Source: Octopus bimaculoides
Lineage: Eukaryota
Reading direction: 5' to 3'
Assembly: GCF_001194135.2 (NCBI RefSeq)
Contig: NC_068991.1
Coordinates: forward strand, 72,289,878-72,325,248
Length of the DNA stretch: 35,371 bases
The number at the start of each line of letters is the position of its first letter. The first letter of the stretch is position 1. Both the position numbers and the translations under genes were made by a program. Shown in pieces: positions 34,646 to 35,371 of this stretch. The notes under the pieces are model-generated. The model was not told the DNA's origin, did not search any database, and was given only the letters and a program-made list of their open reading frames with translations.

Positions 34646-35219
34646 AAACCATTTCAATGATTTCCTTATTCAACAACAATAAAACCAAAATCCTTTTAGA
34701 ATACAGACTGTTTATATTAATTGAGTTCTTGCTAATTTATTTCTTCATTACATATAATTTTTCCCATTTGCTCCATAACTAATTTATAATTTTGTTATGG
34801 TACCTGCCTGTTCATGATTGTATTTTGTGTCCTCTGACTTATCTCCCTGCACCTTATGCTGCTGCTGCTGTCACTTGAACAATGTTATTAGAAGGTGTTG
34901 ACAGTGTAATGACATTTGATTAACAACTGATGAGGGGTTGAGCTGGTTCACATCTATCCTGTTTGTATTCACTATTTCTCTGTATGTTTCTTTGTCATAC
35001 TCTGTGCCAGATTTTTATATTATCCTATCTACTCACAAATCTACACTCTGAATTTTCCTTTCCCTCTATCTCTTCCAGTTTTTTTTTTTTTTCTTGTCCA
35101 ACCTACTATCTGGTAGCGTCCAAATCTCTAATGATTTTTTCAAATGAATCACGTCATAACCTTATCTAACTAAAGTTATCATACTCGGTCTCATAATGTC
35201 ATACGTTTAAGAGGGTTCC

Positions 35220-35318
35220 CATACATTCCCTGAGGAGAAGTTTACATTTTTAACATCGACGATTCCTATGGATCGCATAAATTGTAATTCTTCGAAACAT
35301 ATGTCGGAATAAAGTATG
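35220..35318 (+). ncRNA. Type I hammerhead ribozyme with complete core, palindromic stem III and long stem II
   Basis: Stem I ATTCC/GGAAT extended by CATAC/GTATG across an AAA bulge; core CTGAGGA 35230-35236; stem II GAAG/CTTC; GAAA 35294-35297; stem III ACATATGT; triplet GTC 35303-35305; AATAAA at 35308-35313. Confidence 0.88.
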
Positions 35319-35371
35319 CAGTTATAACATGCGTTTACGCCATTCCTTAAATTTTTACATATATATATATA

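Noticed and set aside
1-35371. Long ORFs rich in YI, HT, CV or X in the track
   Set aside because: Translations of microsatellites, N-gaps and SINEs; no protein signal.

Overview
AT-rich, repeat-saturated eukaryotic DNA with many assembly gaps. The SINE repertoire and microsatellite load resemble a coleoid cephalopod, probably Octopus; this is recognition from memory, not a database result. There is no intact gene. Most ORFs in the track are translations of microsatellites, SINEs or N-runs. The window holds dozens of SINE copies from about six families (labelled A-F here), fragments of RTE and R4/Dong non-LTR elements, a Helitron 3' end with a broken PIF1 helicase, a 127-bp Tc1/mariner MITE and decayed DNA-transposase ORFs (hAT clear; Kolobok-like and mariner-like tentative). 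The main signal outside the ORF track is a high density of type I hammerhead ribozyme motifs. Four have an intact catalytic core (7339-7382 +, 8662-8726 -, 23919-24002 -, 35220-35318 +) and several decayed copies sit in tandem or inverted arrangements. They fall into about five unrelated sequence families, each with a different palindromic or near-palindromic stem III, the Penelope/retrozyme-type architecture. No Penelope coding sequence is visible. Two small candidate exons (11322-11355, 12255-12269) suggest the window may be intronic to a + strand gene that I cannot identify. Repeat boundaries are approximate unless a TSD or TIR is quoted.
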